64,000 nt of DNA from an uncultured delta proteobacterium (GTDB lineage Bacteria; Myxococcota; Myxococcia; Myxococcales; Myxococcaceae), in the NCBI GenBank assembly GCA_963776345.1, contig CAVZMH010000017.1, positions 32,001 through 96,000 on the forward strand. The letters run 5' to 3'. Under the pieces are notes generated by a model that saw nothing but the letters and a program-made list of their open reading frames with translations, was not told the origin of the DNA and ran no database searches. Shown piece after piece: positions 51,131-63,076 of this stretch (position 1 is the stretch's first letter; the number at the start of each line of letters is the position of its first letter). A program made the translations under genes and the position numbers.

Positions 51131-52834
51131 TCAAGCGACGAACAGCTTCGCCCCGCGGCGGACCACCTGCCCGCGCGCCGTGAGAAGTGCAGCTGCCTCG
51201 ATCACCCGCTCGTCCGTTACGCCCAGCTGCGCTGCCAGGTCCACCACCGTCCGCCCGCGCATCGAGGTGCGGAGCTCGGAGGCGATCTGCAGGCAGAGGG
51301 CCTCGTCGGCGTGCAGGCCCGCCCCGTGCTCGCGGCCCGGAGGCGGCAACCTCACCTCGATGCGGGCCGGCAAGGGAGGAGCCTCGGGCACGTGGGCGGC
51401 GACGAGCGCCATCTCCACCGCCTCCGACTCCACGCCGGGCGGAGCCTCGGGCGCCGCCTCCCAGCCGTCCGTGACCTCGGGCATCGGATCGCGCCGAGGA
51501 GCGGGAGCGGTCAGCGGCCGCACCCGGTGGGACAGGGGCACCGGCGCGAGCGTGGCCAGACGCCGGACCTCGCGCCGTCGCTCCTCGTCGGAGAGCGTGG
51601 CCACGTGGCTGACGTCGACGCCCAGGAGTCCCGAGAGGCTCCGCGCCGCCGCGCGCCGGACGCCGAGGTCCGGATCCTCCAGCGCCCCGAGCAGACGCGG
51701 GCGGGCCTGCTCGCCCCCGGCCGCGCCCGCCGCGAGGACGGCCAGGCGTCGGACCTCGGGATCGGGATCCCGCGCCACGTGCCGCTCGAGCTCGAGCATC
51801 CGTTCCGGGCCGAGCGAGACGGCCAGCAGCGCCGTGCGGCGGCGGACCGAGGCGTCCGGGTCGTGCGCGGCGCGGGCCAGGTGCGCGGGTGCCGCGTCCG
51901 GATCGAGGTGGGTGATGGCCCGGAGCGCCGCGATCCGCACCGCCGCCTCGGGAGCGCCGAGCAGCGGCTCGACGACCGCGGCGCCCTCGCGGGTGGCGAG
52001 CGCGCGGAAGGCCTCCAGCAGCGCGACCAGCACCGTGTCTTCGCGCTCGGCGTGGAGCGCCACCGCCAGGGCCGGGGCCGAGGCGCGATCTCCGAGCGTG
52101 CGCAGACGCTCGGCGGCGCGGCAGCGGGCGGAGGGGTCCGGGCTGGACAGCTCGCGGATGGAGAAGCCGAAGAGGCTCTCCTCGCCCAGGCGGGGACTCG
52201 GCGGCACGGCAAGACGGCCCTGCTCGAACAGACGCTCCGCCTCGCGCGTCACCGCGAGCACCGCGGCCCGGGCGCTGGCGGGCGCGGAGACCGGCTCCGG
52301 CACCGGAGGGCCGCGGAGCGGCTCGCGTGGGAGGTCACCCGTCCCGACGCTGGCCGGCGACGGCCTCGGCGAGGTCGGCACCCCGGCCGGCGTGGAGAGC
52401 GCGACCAGCGGCCCGGAGCGGGTGTCCGTCGGGGGCGCCTCGAACGCCGGGCCCCGGAGCGCCAGCGCCTCCGCCCGGAGATCGGCGATGAACCCGGCGA
52501 GGTCGAAGTCCAGCGCCGTGTCGGAAGGGCCCTGGATGCGGGCGGCCTCCAGCACCTTGCCCATCAGCCCGGCGCGCTCGGCCCGCATCGCCTCGAGCAC
52601 CCGGGCAGCCTCCTCGCGCTCGCGGTGGGCCCGCCCGAGCTCCACCTCTAGCTCGGCCACGCGGCGGCGCAGCTCCACCTCGCGGTGGGAGGCGGCGGCG
52701 AGATTGGCACGCAGGGCATCGGCCTCCGCCCGGAGGGTCGCCGCATCCGCCTGGAGCGTCTCCGAGCGTGCCTCGAAATAGACAATCTTCTCGAGGGCAC
52801 TCCGCAGGAGCGCCTCTGCCCGTCCATCGCTCAC
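51131..52834 (-). CDS. pomY: Cell division positioning protein PomY
   Basis: N-terminal coiled coil 'ALEKIVYFEAR', HEAT repeats (DPD..VRR), Pro-rich linkers, C-terminal wHTH-like 'VVRRGAKLFVA'. Confidence 0.85.
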   Translation of the reverse strand: MSDGRAEALLRSALEKIVYFEARSETLQADAATLRAEADALRANLAAASHREVELRRRVAELEVELGRAHREREEAARVLEAMRAERAGLMGKVLEAARIQGPSDTALDFDLAGFIADLRAEALALRGPAFEAPPTDTRSGPLVALSTPAGVPTSPRPSPASVGTGDLPREPLRGPPVPEPVSAPASARAAVLAVTREAERLFEQGRLAVPPSPRLGEESLFGFSIRELSSPDPSARCRAAERLRTLGDRASAPALAVALHAEREDTVLVALLEAFRALATREGAAVVEPLLGAPEAAVRIAALRAITHLDPDAAPAHLARAAHDPDASVRRRTALLAVSLGPERMLELERHVARDPDPEVRRLAVLAAGAAGGEQARPRLLGALEDPDLGVRRAAARSLSGLLGVDVSHVATLSDEERRREVRRLATLAPVPLSHRVRPLTAPAPRRDPMPEVTDGWEAAPEAPPGVESEAVEMALVAAHVPEAPPLPARIEVRLPPPGREHGAGLHADEALCLQIASELRTSMRGRTVVDLAAQLGVTDERVIEAAALLTARGQVVRRGAKLFVA

Positions 52835-52897
52835 CAGGGCGGGCAGTGTACAGGGCTGATCCGTCGTTGCCAGGTTTGTGACACCCGCGACAGGGCG

Positions 52898-54484
52898 CTA
52901 CCGGGCAGGCGTCGTGGACTGGGGCGGAGCCTCCGTCATTCCGGGCGCCTGCGCCACGTTCTTGCCCGGGGCAGGCGGGGCCAGCGGGGTGTAGGCCTCG
53001 GCCAAGCTCAATGTCGTCTCGCCCACCTTCGGAGAGAGCCGGTCCACCAGATCGTTCAGACTGGTGCCGAGGTCGGCCTGCGCTGCCGCGGCGCGCCGGA
53101 GCTGCCGCTCGAGCTTGCCCATGTGCTCGTAGTGCTCCCGGTCCCGGGCCGCGAGTCCCTGCGCGGTCCGCAGCTCGAGGGCGAGGCCGGCGTTCGCCCG
53201 GAGCCCCTCCAGCACCCGCTCGACGAGCGCCTCGGCGTCCGGATCGAGGCTACCCCTCGGGTACGCCTTGAGGCCGAACCGACCGCCGAACCACACCCGG
53301 CCCGGCTCGCCGTATCCCTCGGCGGGGCCACCGGGGAGGTCCTCGATCACCAGGGCGGGGGTGCTGCGGACGGGGAAGCCCTGGGGCATCACCGCAAAGA
53401 CCAGCGCGCCGTCGCTCCGGGGCCGGGCCACCGCGACGGCGCCGTCGAAGGGGAAGAACGGGTCGATGGCGCCCTCGAGCCCGCTGGCCAGACGCGTCCG
53501 CGCCTTCCGGTCCAGGCTCGAGACCTCCGCGTGGTCGCGACGGGCGCTCTTCTTGAGCGTGGTCATCATGTCGCGCACCTGGTCGATGGCGACGACGACG
53601 TTCAGCGGCGAGTTGCCGGCGTAGCCCGCGTGGTACACGCCGACCAGCTCGAACTCGCCCGTGTGGCAGGACACCGCGAGCACCGGCGAGCCGGAGTTCC
53701 CGGGCGACAGCTGGGCGTCCACCACGAAGTCCACGTGGTCCCAGTCCTTCTCGTCGTCGTGGTCGTAGGTGGAGACGACCTTCCCCACGTTGGTGGCCTT
53801 GAACGCCCCGAGGGGGAAGCCGCGGACGTCGACCACGGCGCGCTCCTTGAGCTCCGCCGAGCGACCCACCTTCCAGGGGAGGATGGGCAGGAGCACGTGC
53901 GCCTTGAGCACCGCCATGTCCATCGACTTGTCGGTGACCACCCGCTGCAGCGGGATGTCGTCGCGGTCGTAGGTGTCGCGCTCGGACTCGACGATCTTCA
54001 GCGCGTCCGAGACGCGCTTGCAGCCCGGAGGCACGTCCTCGACCTTGTGCTCGTCGTCGGTCACCGGAGGCCACTCGGCCACGTGCTGGTTGGTGAGGAT
54101 GTACGTCTCGCCGTTCTGCTGGCGGTAGCCGAAGCCCGTGCCGTGGGCCAGCGCCTTCCTCCGGACGCGCCGCACGTTGCCGTCCCCGGCGTAGCTCAGG
54201 CACTCGTAGGTGGCGGTGGTGCGGATGGCGTAGACCCAGGATTGCGACTGCGGCTTCTGCTCGGCCTCGCGCGCCGCCGGGGAGAGGGCGGCAAAGTCTT
54301 CGGCGTAGGCGCCCGAGCAGTAGGCGCCCTTGCCCAAGGAGGCGCCACCCCCGGCGCCGGCCCGCACCCGGGGCGCGACGATGGCCGTCAGCCCGACGAA
54401 GGTCAGCGCCAGGCCTGCGACCGCTCCGCGCTTCATCCAGGCCACCCGCCTCCGCGCACGGTCTTCGCTGTCCTGGTGCTCCAT
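52898..54484 (-). CDS. Secreted trypsin-like (S1) serine protease
   Basis: 'GTGF', 'LTNQHV' (His), 'DMAVL' (Asp), 'GNSGSP' (Ser). Confidence 0.88.
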   Translation of the reverse strand: MEHQDSEDRARRRVAWMKRGAVAGLALTFVGLTAIVAPRVRAGAGGGASLGKGAYCSGAYAEDFAALSPAAREAEQKPQSQSWVYAIRTTATYECLSYAGDGNVRRVRRKALAHGTGFGYRQQNGETYILTNQHVAEWPPVTDDEHKVEDVPPGCKRVSDALKIVESERDTYDRDDIPLQRVVTDKSMDMAVLKAHVLLPILPWKVGRSAELKERAVVDVRGFPLGAFKATNVGKVVSTYDHDDEKDWDHVDFVVDAQLSPGNSGSPVLAVSCHTGEFELVGVYHAGYAGNSPLNVVVAIDQVRDMMTTLKKSARRDHAEVSSLDRKARTRLASGLEGAIDPFFPFDGAVAVARPRSDGALVFAVMPQGFPVRSTPALVIEDLPGGPAEGYGEPGRVWFGGRFGLKAYPRGSLDPDAEALVERVLEGLRANAGLALELRTAQGLAARDREHYEHMGKLERQLRRAAAAQADLGTSLNDLVDRLSPKVGETTLSLAEAYTPLAPPAPGKNVAQAPGMTEAPPQSTTPAR

Positions 54485-54641
54485 GGGTTCGTCCCGGTCC
54501 GGTCAGTCTAGGCCCGGCGGGAGCCCAACGCGCGCACGGCGGGCAGTGTTCCTGGCCTGTCGCAGCGCGACACGGCGCTTGACACTCCGGGACGGCTGCC
54601 GGAGCGTCCTGCGGCGCAGTCCCACCTCAGGGGAGACCCGA

Positions 54642-54917
54642 ATGAACTTCCGTACCCTCGCCATCGCCGCCGCCATCGCCCTTCCCGGAACCGCCCTCGC
54701 CGACCACAGCTACCAGGTGACCGGCGACGTGGTCTCGGCGGACGCAAGCTCCATCGTCGTCCACTCCACCAAGTACAAGGAGAACTGGGAGATCGCCCGC
54801 GGCGACGACAAGACCGAGGTCAAGAAGGGCGACAAGGTCACCATCGAGTACACGATGACCGCGAAGAAGGTCGAGCTGAAGCCGGCCTCGAGCTCGACGA
54901 AGAAGGCGAAGAAGTAG
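54642..54917 (+). CDS. Small secreted OB-fold-like protein
   Basis: GGAG RBS, signal peptide, 'YQVTGDV', 'WEIAR', 'GDKVTIEYTMTA'. Confidence 0.75.
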   Translation: MNFRTLAIAAAIALPGTALADHSYQVTGDVVSADASSIVVHSTKYKENWEIARGDDKTEVKKGDKVTIEYTMTAKKVELKPASSSTKKAKK

Positions 54918-54965
54918 CGCGGGGTTCGCCTCGGCGACCGCGCCCTCGAGAGGCGCGCGCGTCGG

Positions 54966-56642
<1,677 letters not shown>

Positions 56643-56819
56643 CGTGAGCGGGCGACAGTACAGCGCGGGGCGTCTCGGGCAAGCGCCGAAGTCCTTGCGG
56701 ACCCAGGTGTAGGAAAGCAGCCAGACGGGCAGCCGCCTGCCTGAGGTAAACGGAAGGGTGGTGTCGCGGGGCACATCCGACCTAGACCCGCTCCGAGGCC
56801 GCCTGCGGCGCGGCGAGCG

Positions 56820-58889
56820 ATGACGAGCGACTTCGGATACCAGCTGCTGACCAAGCTCGACGACGGGCCGTCCGGGACGGCCTGGCGTGCGCGCGCCCGC
56901 ACCAGCGGTGGTCGCGCCATGGTCCGGGTCTTCCACGGGAGCCGCTGGGGCGACGAGGACGCGCGGGGCGCCTTCCAGGAGCGGGCCGAGGCGCTGGGCC
57001 GGCTCGATCACCCTCACCTCGCACGGCAGCTCCAGGCCGGGTGCCTCGACGACGGCCGCCCCTACGTGGTGAGCGAAGACCTGGACGGCGAGGACCTGGC
57101 GGCCCATCTCCGCCAGGCCGGACCGCTTACCCCGGACGAGCTGGCGTTGCTGATCCTGCCGCTGGCTGCGGTCCTCGAGGAGCTGCGGGCAAGCGGCATC
57201 GTGGTCCAGGCGCTGCCCGCAGCGCAGGTGTTCCTGGTCGGCGGCCTGACCCGGTTCGAGCCGAAGCTGATCGGCCCGGGGCTCGGGGATGCCGGCCGCG
57301 ACTTCGACCCGCGGGGCGACGTGGTCGCGCTGGGCCGGCTGATGCGCGAGGCCTGTCCGGACCACCTCGGCTGGATGGAGGGGGTGCACGCCGGGTGCGT
57401 TCTCACCGAGGCGGAGGGCGGCTTCGCGGGCCCCGGGAAGGTGGCCCGGGCGCTGCTCGAGGCGCAGCCGAGGACCCAGCTCTTGCCCACCCACGAGGCG
57501 GATCAGCCCCCTCTGCTCCTGGTGGAGGACTCCGAGCGGGAGAAGCCGGGCGACATCCTCGGCCAGTACCGGCTCGAGCGGGTGCTGGGCGAGGGAGCGA
57601 TGGGCCGGGTGTTCCAGGCGCGGCACGTGAGCCTGGGGCGGCCGGCGGCGGTGAAGGTGCTCCGGGGCGAGCACGCCCGGAACACGCACCTCATCCAGCG
57701 CTTCTTCCACGAGGCCCGGGCGGTCAACCAGATCAACCACGCGCACATCGTGGAGATCCTCGACTTCGTCGAGGAGACCGCGGTCGCGGGCCGCTCCCGC
57801 GTCTACTGCGTGATGGAGATGCTCGAGGGCCAGAGCCTCACCGAGCTGCTCGCCAGGGAGCGGCCGAGCGTGGCGCGGGCGGTGGGCATCATCCGGCAGG
57901 TCTGCGACGCGCTCGACGCCGCGCACGAGGTGGGCGTCATCCACCGGGACGTGAAGCCGGACAACCTCTTCGTGCTCGAGCGGGACGGGCGCGACTTCGT
58001 GAAGGTGCTCGACTTCGGGGTGGCCAAGCTGGTCGCGCCGCTGGGCGACGTGCCGATGACCACCACCGTCGAGGGAACCATCGTCGGGACGCCGGCGTAC
58101 ATGGCCCCGGAGCAGGCGACGGGCGGGAACGCCGACGCCCGGACCGACCTCTACTCGGTGGGCGTGGTCCTCTACGAGCTGCTGGCCGGTCATCCGCCGT
58201 TCCAGGCGCCGGCGTTTGGTCAGCTGGTCGCGCAGGTACTTTCCTCGCTCCCGCCGCCGCTCCCGGCGCACACCCGGGACGGAGGGCGCATCCCCGCCGC
58301 GCTCGGCGCGGTGGTGAAGCGGTGCCTGGCGAAGAACCCGGACGACCGGTACCCCTCGCTCCGCGAGCTGTCGCGGGCGCTCGAGGTCGCGGCTCAGGCA
58401 CCGGTCCGCCGTGGCCCGCCGCGCTGGGCGATGGCCGCGGGGACGCTGGCCGTCGTGGCGCTGGGCACGAGCGTGGTGACGGCCCGGGCGGTGCGCCGGC
58501 CCCCGGTGACGCTGCCGGTGGTGACCGGGAAGATCGTGAGCGTCTCCGCCCCGGCGCGCGAGGCCGAGGCTGCACCGGCCGCTGCCGAGGCCGTGGCTCC
58601 AGCACCCGAGGTGCTGGTGACGCTGGTCTCCGAGCCACCGGGCGCGAAGGTCGTGGAGCTTTCGTCAGGACGTTCGCTCGGAACCACGCCGCTGAGCACC
58701 CAGCTCACCCGGTCGAGCGTTCCCAGCCGGCTCCGGCTGGAGCGGGCGGGACGGCAGCCGACCGAGGTCGAGGTCGTGCCCGACGCCGAGCTCGAGGTCC
58801 ACGTCGCGCTCCCCCGGGCGCCGCGGACCACGGGCGCCGCGGAGAAGGGCGCCCCGAAGCAGAAGCACCCCGACCCCTTCAAGCTGTAG
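56820..58889 (+). CDS. Ser/Thr protein kinase: N-terminal pseudokinase + active kinase + TM + PEGA-like domain
   Basis: Second domain has [29 protein letters not shown]. First domain is degenerate. 'SEPPGA.V...LGTTP' is PEGA-like. Confidence 0.92.
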   Translation: MTSDFGYQLLTKLDDGPSGTAWRARARTSGGRAMVRVFHGSRWGDEDARGAFQERAEALGRLDHPHLARQLQAGCLDDGRPYVVSEDLDGEDLAAHLRQAGPLTPDELALLILPLAAVLEELRASGIVVQALPAAQVFLVGGLTRFEPKLIGPGLGDAGRDFDPRGDVVALGRLMREACPDHLGWMEGVHAGCVLTEAEGGFAGPGKVARALLEAQPRTQLLPTHEADQPPLLLVEDSEREKPGDILGQYRLERVLGEGAMGRVFQARHVSLGRPAAVKVLRGEHARNTHLIQRFFHEARAVNQINHAHIVEILDFVEETAVAGRSRVYCVMEMLEGQSLTELLARERPSVARAVGIIRQVCDALDAAHEVGVIHRDVKPDNLFVLERDGRDFVKVLDFGVAKLVAPLGDVPMTTTVEGTIVGTPAYMAPEQATGGNADARTDLYSVGVVLYELLAGHPPFQAPAFGQLVAQVLSSLPPPLPAHTRDGGRIPAALGAVVKRCLAKNPDDRYPSLRELSRALEVAAQAPVRRGPPRWAMAAGTLAVVALGTSVVTARAVRRPPVTLPVVTGKIVSVSAPAREAEAAPAAAEAVAPAPEVLVTLVSEPPGAKVVELSSGRSLGTTPLSTQLTRSSVPSRLRLERAGRQPTEVEVVPDAELEVHVALPRAPRTTGAAEKGAPKQKHPDPFKL

Positions 58890-58963
58890 GCGGGGACACG
58901 CGCGGCTCGCCGTCGAGCGCTCGGAAGAACGTCCCGCCGCAGGCCTGAGCGCCCGGATCGCCC

Positions 58964-59055
58964 TCAGTGCGCCGCCGCGGCCGCGTTCCCCTTCGGCTTC
59001 TTGAGCAGGAAGACCAGCAGGAACGAGAGCGCGAACACCCCCGTCAGCACGGTCG
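58964..59055 (-). pseudogene. 3'-terminal remnant of a membrane transporter gene (DHA2/EmrB-like)
   Basis: 'VLTGVFALSFLLVFLLKKPKGNAAAAAH*' is a final TM with an AAAH tail and no upstream body. Confidence 0.5.
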
Positions 59056-59119
59056 CTGGACGTCGAAGTGTCAGGGGGTTGCGCGATGTTTCGCGGCCCC
59101 GGCACCTGGCCGGGCTCGC

Positions 59120-59629
59120 ATGTCGGGACCTGTGCGCAAGCTCAATCTGACCGAACTCGAATGGCTGCCGTACGCGATCGCGCCCGGGGTCGGGGGCGAC
59201 GTTCGTGACGTGGGTCGCGCGGTGGGCACACGGAACGTGGGGCTCCGCATCCAGCGCATCCCGCCGGGCGCGCGGGCGTCGCGCCGGCACCGGCACCTGT
59301 TCCAGGAGGAGTTGCTGGTCGTCGTCCGCGGCGAGGGCACGCTGGTGCACGGCGAGGAGCGGGTGCCGGTCCACTCGGGGGACTTCGTGAGCTACCACGC
59401 GGGCGACCCCGAGGCGCACACGCTGGAGAACACGGGGACGGGCGTGCTCGAGGTCTGGGCGTTCGGCGACCGCGTGCCCCACGAGGTCTGCGTGTACCCG
59501 GACGAGTCGGTGGCCTACGTCGAGGCGCTTGGCGGCGACGTGCCGCTCTCGGACGTCCAGGCGTGGGCGACGCTGGCCGGGCGCGGCGAGGGCATCGAGC
59601 CTTCCGGCGCGGACGAGGCCGAGGACTAG
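59120..59629 (+). CDS. Cupin domain protein
   Basis: 'PPGARASRRHRH..QEE', 'GDFV', 'AHTLEN', 'CVYPD'. Confidence 0.88.
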   Translation: MSGPVRKLNLTELEWLPYAIAPGVGGDVRDVGRAVGTRNVGLRIQRIPPGARASRRHRHLFQEELLVVVRGEGTLVHGEERVPVHSGDFVSYHAGDPEAHTLENTGTGVLEVWAFGDRVPHEVCVYPDESVAYVEALGGDVPLSDVQAWATLAGRGEGIEPSGADEAED

Positions 59630-59693
59630 AGCGGCCGGCCCGCGCTCAGAAACGAGCGGAGAGCCGCTCGGTCCTGTTATTCCGCGCGGACCC

Positions 59694-60620
59694 GTGAGCT
59701 CCGCACCCGTCCTCGAGATCGAGCAGCTCGTCAAGCGCTACCGTGACGTCACCGCCCTGGCCGGTGTGACGCTCACCATCGGCGCAGGGGAGATCTTCGC
59801 CCTGCTCGGCCCGAACGGCGCGGGCAAGACCACGCTCATCGGCGCGGTGTGCGGGCTGGTGAAGAAGACCAGCGGGACCATCCGCCTGTTCGGGGTGGAC
59901 CTGGACGTGGATCCGCTCCGCCCGCGGTACGACGTGGGGCTGGTGCCGCAGGAGGTGAACTTCGACCCGTTCTTCACGGTGAGCGAGTCGCTGCGGATCC
60001 AGCTCGGCTACTACGCCCGCCCACCGGACGAGGCCCGCATCCGCGAGGTGCTGGAGGCGCTCAGCCTGAGCGAGAAGGCGAACGCGCAGACCCGCGCGCT
60101 CTCGGGCGGGATGAAGCGGCGGCTGCTCATCGCCAAGGCACTGGTGCACCGGCCGAAGCTGGTCTTCCTCGACGAGCCGACGGCGGGGGTGGACGTCGAG
60201 CTTCGCCGCGACCTCTGGGCCTACGTGCGGAGGCTCCGCTCCGAGGGGACGACGGTCATCCTCACCACCCACTACCTCGAGGAGGCCGAGGAGCTGGCGG
60301 ACCGGGTGGGGGTCATCGACTCGGGGCGGCTGCTGCTGGTGGAGGACAAGGCGGCGCTGCTCCGGCGTCTGGGCGAGAAGCGGGTGCTCATCACTTTCTC
60401 GGCGCCGGTGGGCGCCCTGCCCGCCGCGCTGGAGGGGAAGGCCGTCCTGGCCGAGGACCGGCGCTCGCTGGTGGTGACCGAGCGCAACGGCCTGCCGCGC
60501 GCCGGGGAGGTGCTCCAGCTCCTCTACGCCGGCGGGTTCCCGGTGGAGGAGGTGGACACCAGGGAGAGCCGGCTGGAGGACGTGTTCGTCGAGGTGCTGC
60601 GCGGCGGGGGTGGGGCGTGA
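59694..60620 (+). CDS. ABC-2 transporter ATP-binding protein (YadG-like)
   Basis: '[15 protein letters not shown]', 'LVPQE', 'LSGGMKRR', 'LDEPTAGVD', 'LTTHYLEEAE'. Confidence 0.93.
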   Translation: MSSAPVLEIEQLVKRYRDVTALAGVTLTIGAGEIFALLGPNGAGKTTLIGAVCGLVKKTSGTIRLFGVDLDVDPLRPRYDVGLVPQEVNFDPFFTVSESLRIQLGYYARPPDEARIREVLEALSLSEKANAQTRALSGGMKRRLLIAKALVHRPKLVFLDEPTAGVDVELRRDLWAYVRRLRSEGTTVILTTHYLEEAEELADRVGVIDSGRLLLVEDKAALLRRLGEKRVLITFSAPVGALPAALEGKAVLAEDRRSLVVTERNGLPRAGEVLQLLYAGGFPVEEVDTRESRLEDVFVEVLRGGGGA

Positions 60621-61378
60621 ACCTCCTGGGACTGAGGACGCTGTTCTGGAAAGAGGTTCGCCGCTTCCTCCGGGTGCCGGGCCAGACGGTGCTCAGCCCG
60701 CTCATCTCCACCACGCTCTACTTCGTGGTGTTCGGGGTGAGCCTGGGCGGGCGGATGGAGGAAGCGACGGGGCAGCCGTACCTGCCGTTCATCGTTCCGG
60801 GCCTGGTGTTCCTGGGGCTGGCGAACAACGCCTTTCTGAACACCAGCTCGTCGCTGTTCATCATGAAGATCCAGGGGACCATCGTGGATCTCCTGGTCGC
60901 GCCGCTGGGTCCGGGCGAGCTGCTGCTGGGGTTCGTGGGCGGGGGCATGGTGCGCGGGCTGGCGGTGGGCCTGCTGACCTGGGCGGTGGCGCTGGTGTTC
61001 GCCGGGTTCCAGCTGGCGCACCCGCTGGTGACGCTCGGGTTCCTGCTGGGGACGGCCTACGTCTTCTCGGTGCTGGGGCTGGTCGCGGCGGTGTGGGCGG
61101 AGAAGTTCGAGCAGATCAACTTCTTTCCGACCTTCGTCATGCTCCCCCTGACCTTCCTCGGCGGCGTCTTCTACAGCATCGGGCGGCTGCCCGAGCCGTG
61201 GCGGACGGTCAGCCACTTCAACCCCATGGTCTACATGGTGGAGGGGCTGCGGTACGGGATGCTCGGCACGTCGGCGCTGCCGCCCGGAGTCGGTGGGCTC
61301 CTGCTCCTGCTGCTCGCGGTGCTGGCGACGGTCGTGACCTACGCTCTCCTGACTCGCGGGTACAAGCTCAAGCAGTAG
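60617..61378 (+). CDS. ABC-2 transporter permease (YadH-like)
   Basis: 'KEVRRFLRV..QT..SP', 'FIVPGL', 'PLTFLGGVFYS', 'NPMVYMVEG.RYG', 'GYKLK'. Confidence 0.92.
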   Translation: MNLLGLRTLFWKEVRRFLRVPGQTVLSPLISTTLYFVVFGVSLGGRMEEATGQPYLPFIVPGLVFLGLANNAFLNTSSSLFIMKIQGTIVDLLVAPLGPGELLLGFVGGGMVRGLAVGLLTWAVALVFAGFQLAHPLVTLGFLLGTAYVFSVLGLVAAVWAEKFEQINFFPTFVMLPLTFLGGVFYSIGRLPEPWRTVSHFNPMVYMVEGLRYGMLGTSALPPGVGGLLLLLLAVLATVVTYALLTRGYKLKQ

Positions 61379-62162
61379 GCGAGGCGCGGCGGCTCCGGTC
61401 CACCTCGGCGAGGAAGCGCCGGACGATGTCGGCCACCTCCGCCGGCTCGTCCAGCTGGAGCCAGTGGCTCGAGTCGTCGACGAAGACGTTGGGCTGCTCG
61501 GGGACCGCGTCCCTCATCGCCAGTGGCCCGTCGAGGCCGCGCACGGTGACCAGCAGCAGGGGCTTGCCGAAGCGCCGGACGATGGCCGGGTCGTACGCGA
61601 GGAGCGACTCCATCGAGCCGACGTAGGTCTCGCGCGAGGTGAGCCCGAGGGTGGAGAGCACGTGCTGCCGGGTCTCGGGTCGGGCGTCCTGGAGGATCTT
61701 CTCGAACCAGGCGCGGCTCGTGCCCCGGAAGCGCTCGGTGGCCATCGAGGCGCGCCACTCGGCGATGTCGGCGGGGGGGATGGCCCGGAGGCTTCCGGAC
61801 GCATCGAGGAAGACGGCGCCGGAGAACCGGTCCGGGAAGCGGGCCACCGTCTCGGCGACCACGGCGCCGCCGTAGCTGTGCCCCACGAGGACCGGGGAGT
61901 CGAGACGGAGCGCCGAGGCGACGGCGAGGACGTCTCCGGCCATGGCGGGGAGATCGCGGCGGCCGTCCACCGGCGCGTCGGACTCGCCGTAGCCGCGCTG
62001 GTCGAAGGAGGCGACGGTCCGGTCGGTGGCGAGGAGCGGGGCGAGCGCATGCCAGTGGGTGCGGTCCGCGCCGCCGCCGTGAACGAGGAGGACGGGTGTG
62101 CCCGGTCCACTCCCAGTCGTCTCCACCCGAAGCCGTCCGGCCCCACCCGTGATCCAGTCCAT
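61368..62162 (-). CDS. Alpha/beta hydrolase
   Basis: 'LVHGG', 'DQRGYGES', nucleophile elbow GHSYG, C-terminal 'SHWLQLDEP'. Confidence 0.9.
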   Translation of the reverse strand: MDWITGGAGRLRVETTGSGPGTPVLLVHGGGADRTHWHALAPLLATDRTVASFDQRGYGESDAPVDGRRDLPAMAGDVLAVASALRLDSPVLVGHSYGGAVVAETVARFPDRFSGAVFLDASGSLRAIPPADIAEWRASMATERFRGTSRAWFEKILQDARPETRQHVLSTLGLTSRETYVGSMESLLAYDPAIVRRFGKPLLLVTVRGLDGPLAMRDAVPEQPNVFVDDSSHWLQLDEPAEVADIVRRFLAEVDRSRRASPTA

Positions 62163-62237
62163 GCGGGCGGGCACGCTACGCCTGGTCCGCGGGGGCCCGC
62201 CACAGTCGCGGGGCCCGTGTTACAGGACTGCACGCCG

Positions 62238-62930
62238 ATGCTGGCTGCACGTCCACAGATCGAGCCCCGCCGCGTGCCGGGCGCTGATTCCGTCGTGGTG
62301 AGCGAGATCTATCTCTCGCTCCAGGGCGAGTCGTCGCACCAGGGGCTGCTGTGCAGCTTCGTGCGGCTCACCGGGTGTCATCTGCGCTGCCGGTGGTGCG
62401 ACTCGGAGTTCGCCTTCCGGGGCGGGACGCGGATGGGCATCGCCGAGGTGGTGGAGCGGGTGCGGGCGCTCGGCTCCCCGCGGGTCGAGGTGACCGGAGG
62501 CGAGCCGCTGCTCCAGCCGGGCGTATATCCCATGATGGAGGCGCTGCTCGACGCGGGGTTGACGGTGCTGCTCGAGACCTCGGGAGCGATCGACGTCCGC
62601 CTGGTGCCGCCGGCGGTGCACAAGATCGTCGACGTGAAGTGTCCTGGCTCTGGCGAGGCGGACCGGAACGACTGGCGGGGGCTGGAGAGCCTGACCGAGC
62701 GCGACGAGCTGAAGTTCGTGCTGGCCTCGCGAGGGGACTACGAGTGGGCGAAGGCGTGCATCCGCGAGCGGGGGCTGGACCGCGGGCCGGCGGGGCTCCT
62801 GTTCTCCACGGTGCATGGGGAGCTCGCCCCGACCGCGCTCGCGGAGTGGATCATCGCCGACCGGCTGCCGGTGCGGTTCCAGCTGCAGCAGCACAAGGTG
62901 CTCTGGGCGCTGGACACGCGCGGGGTCTGA
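62238..62930 (+). CDS. queE: 7-carboxy-7-deazaguanine synthase (radical SAM)
   Basis: 'EIYLSLQGE', 'FVRLTGCHLRCRWCD', 'TGGEPL', 'LETSG', 'QLQQHK.LW'. Confidence 0.9.
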   Translation: MLAARPQIEPRRVPGADSVVVSEIYLSLQGESSHQGLLCSFVRLTGCHLRCRWCDSEFAFRGGTRMGIAEVVERVRALGSPRVEVTGGEPLLQPGVYPMMEALLDAGLTVLLETSGAIDVRLVPPAVHKIVDVKCPGSGEADRNDWRGLESLTERDELKFVLASRGDYEWAKACIRERGLDRGPAGLLFSTVHGELAPTALAEWIIADRLPVRFQLQQHKVLWALDTRGV

Positions 62931-63076
62931 GCGGCGCGGCACCCGTGGATCTCGGGCGTGGGCCTCGGGGACGCGGCCGGCGCGGTCGGCTCTCGAGGGG
63001 ACGCCGAGGCGGGCGGGTTGTCGCGCGACCCATCCGCGGGCCACCTCACCAGAGGCCCGCCCGGGCGAGCGGCTCG

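Noticed and set aside
62238..62930. Dpd/Qat-type deazaguanine defence island
   Set aside because: Lone queE with no dpdA, queC or qat genes in the window.
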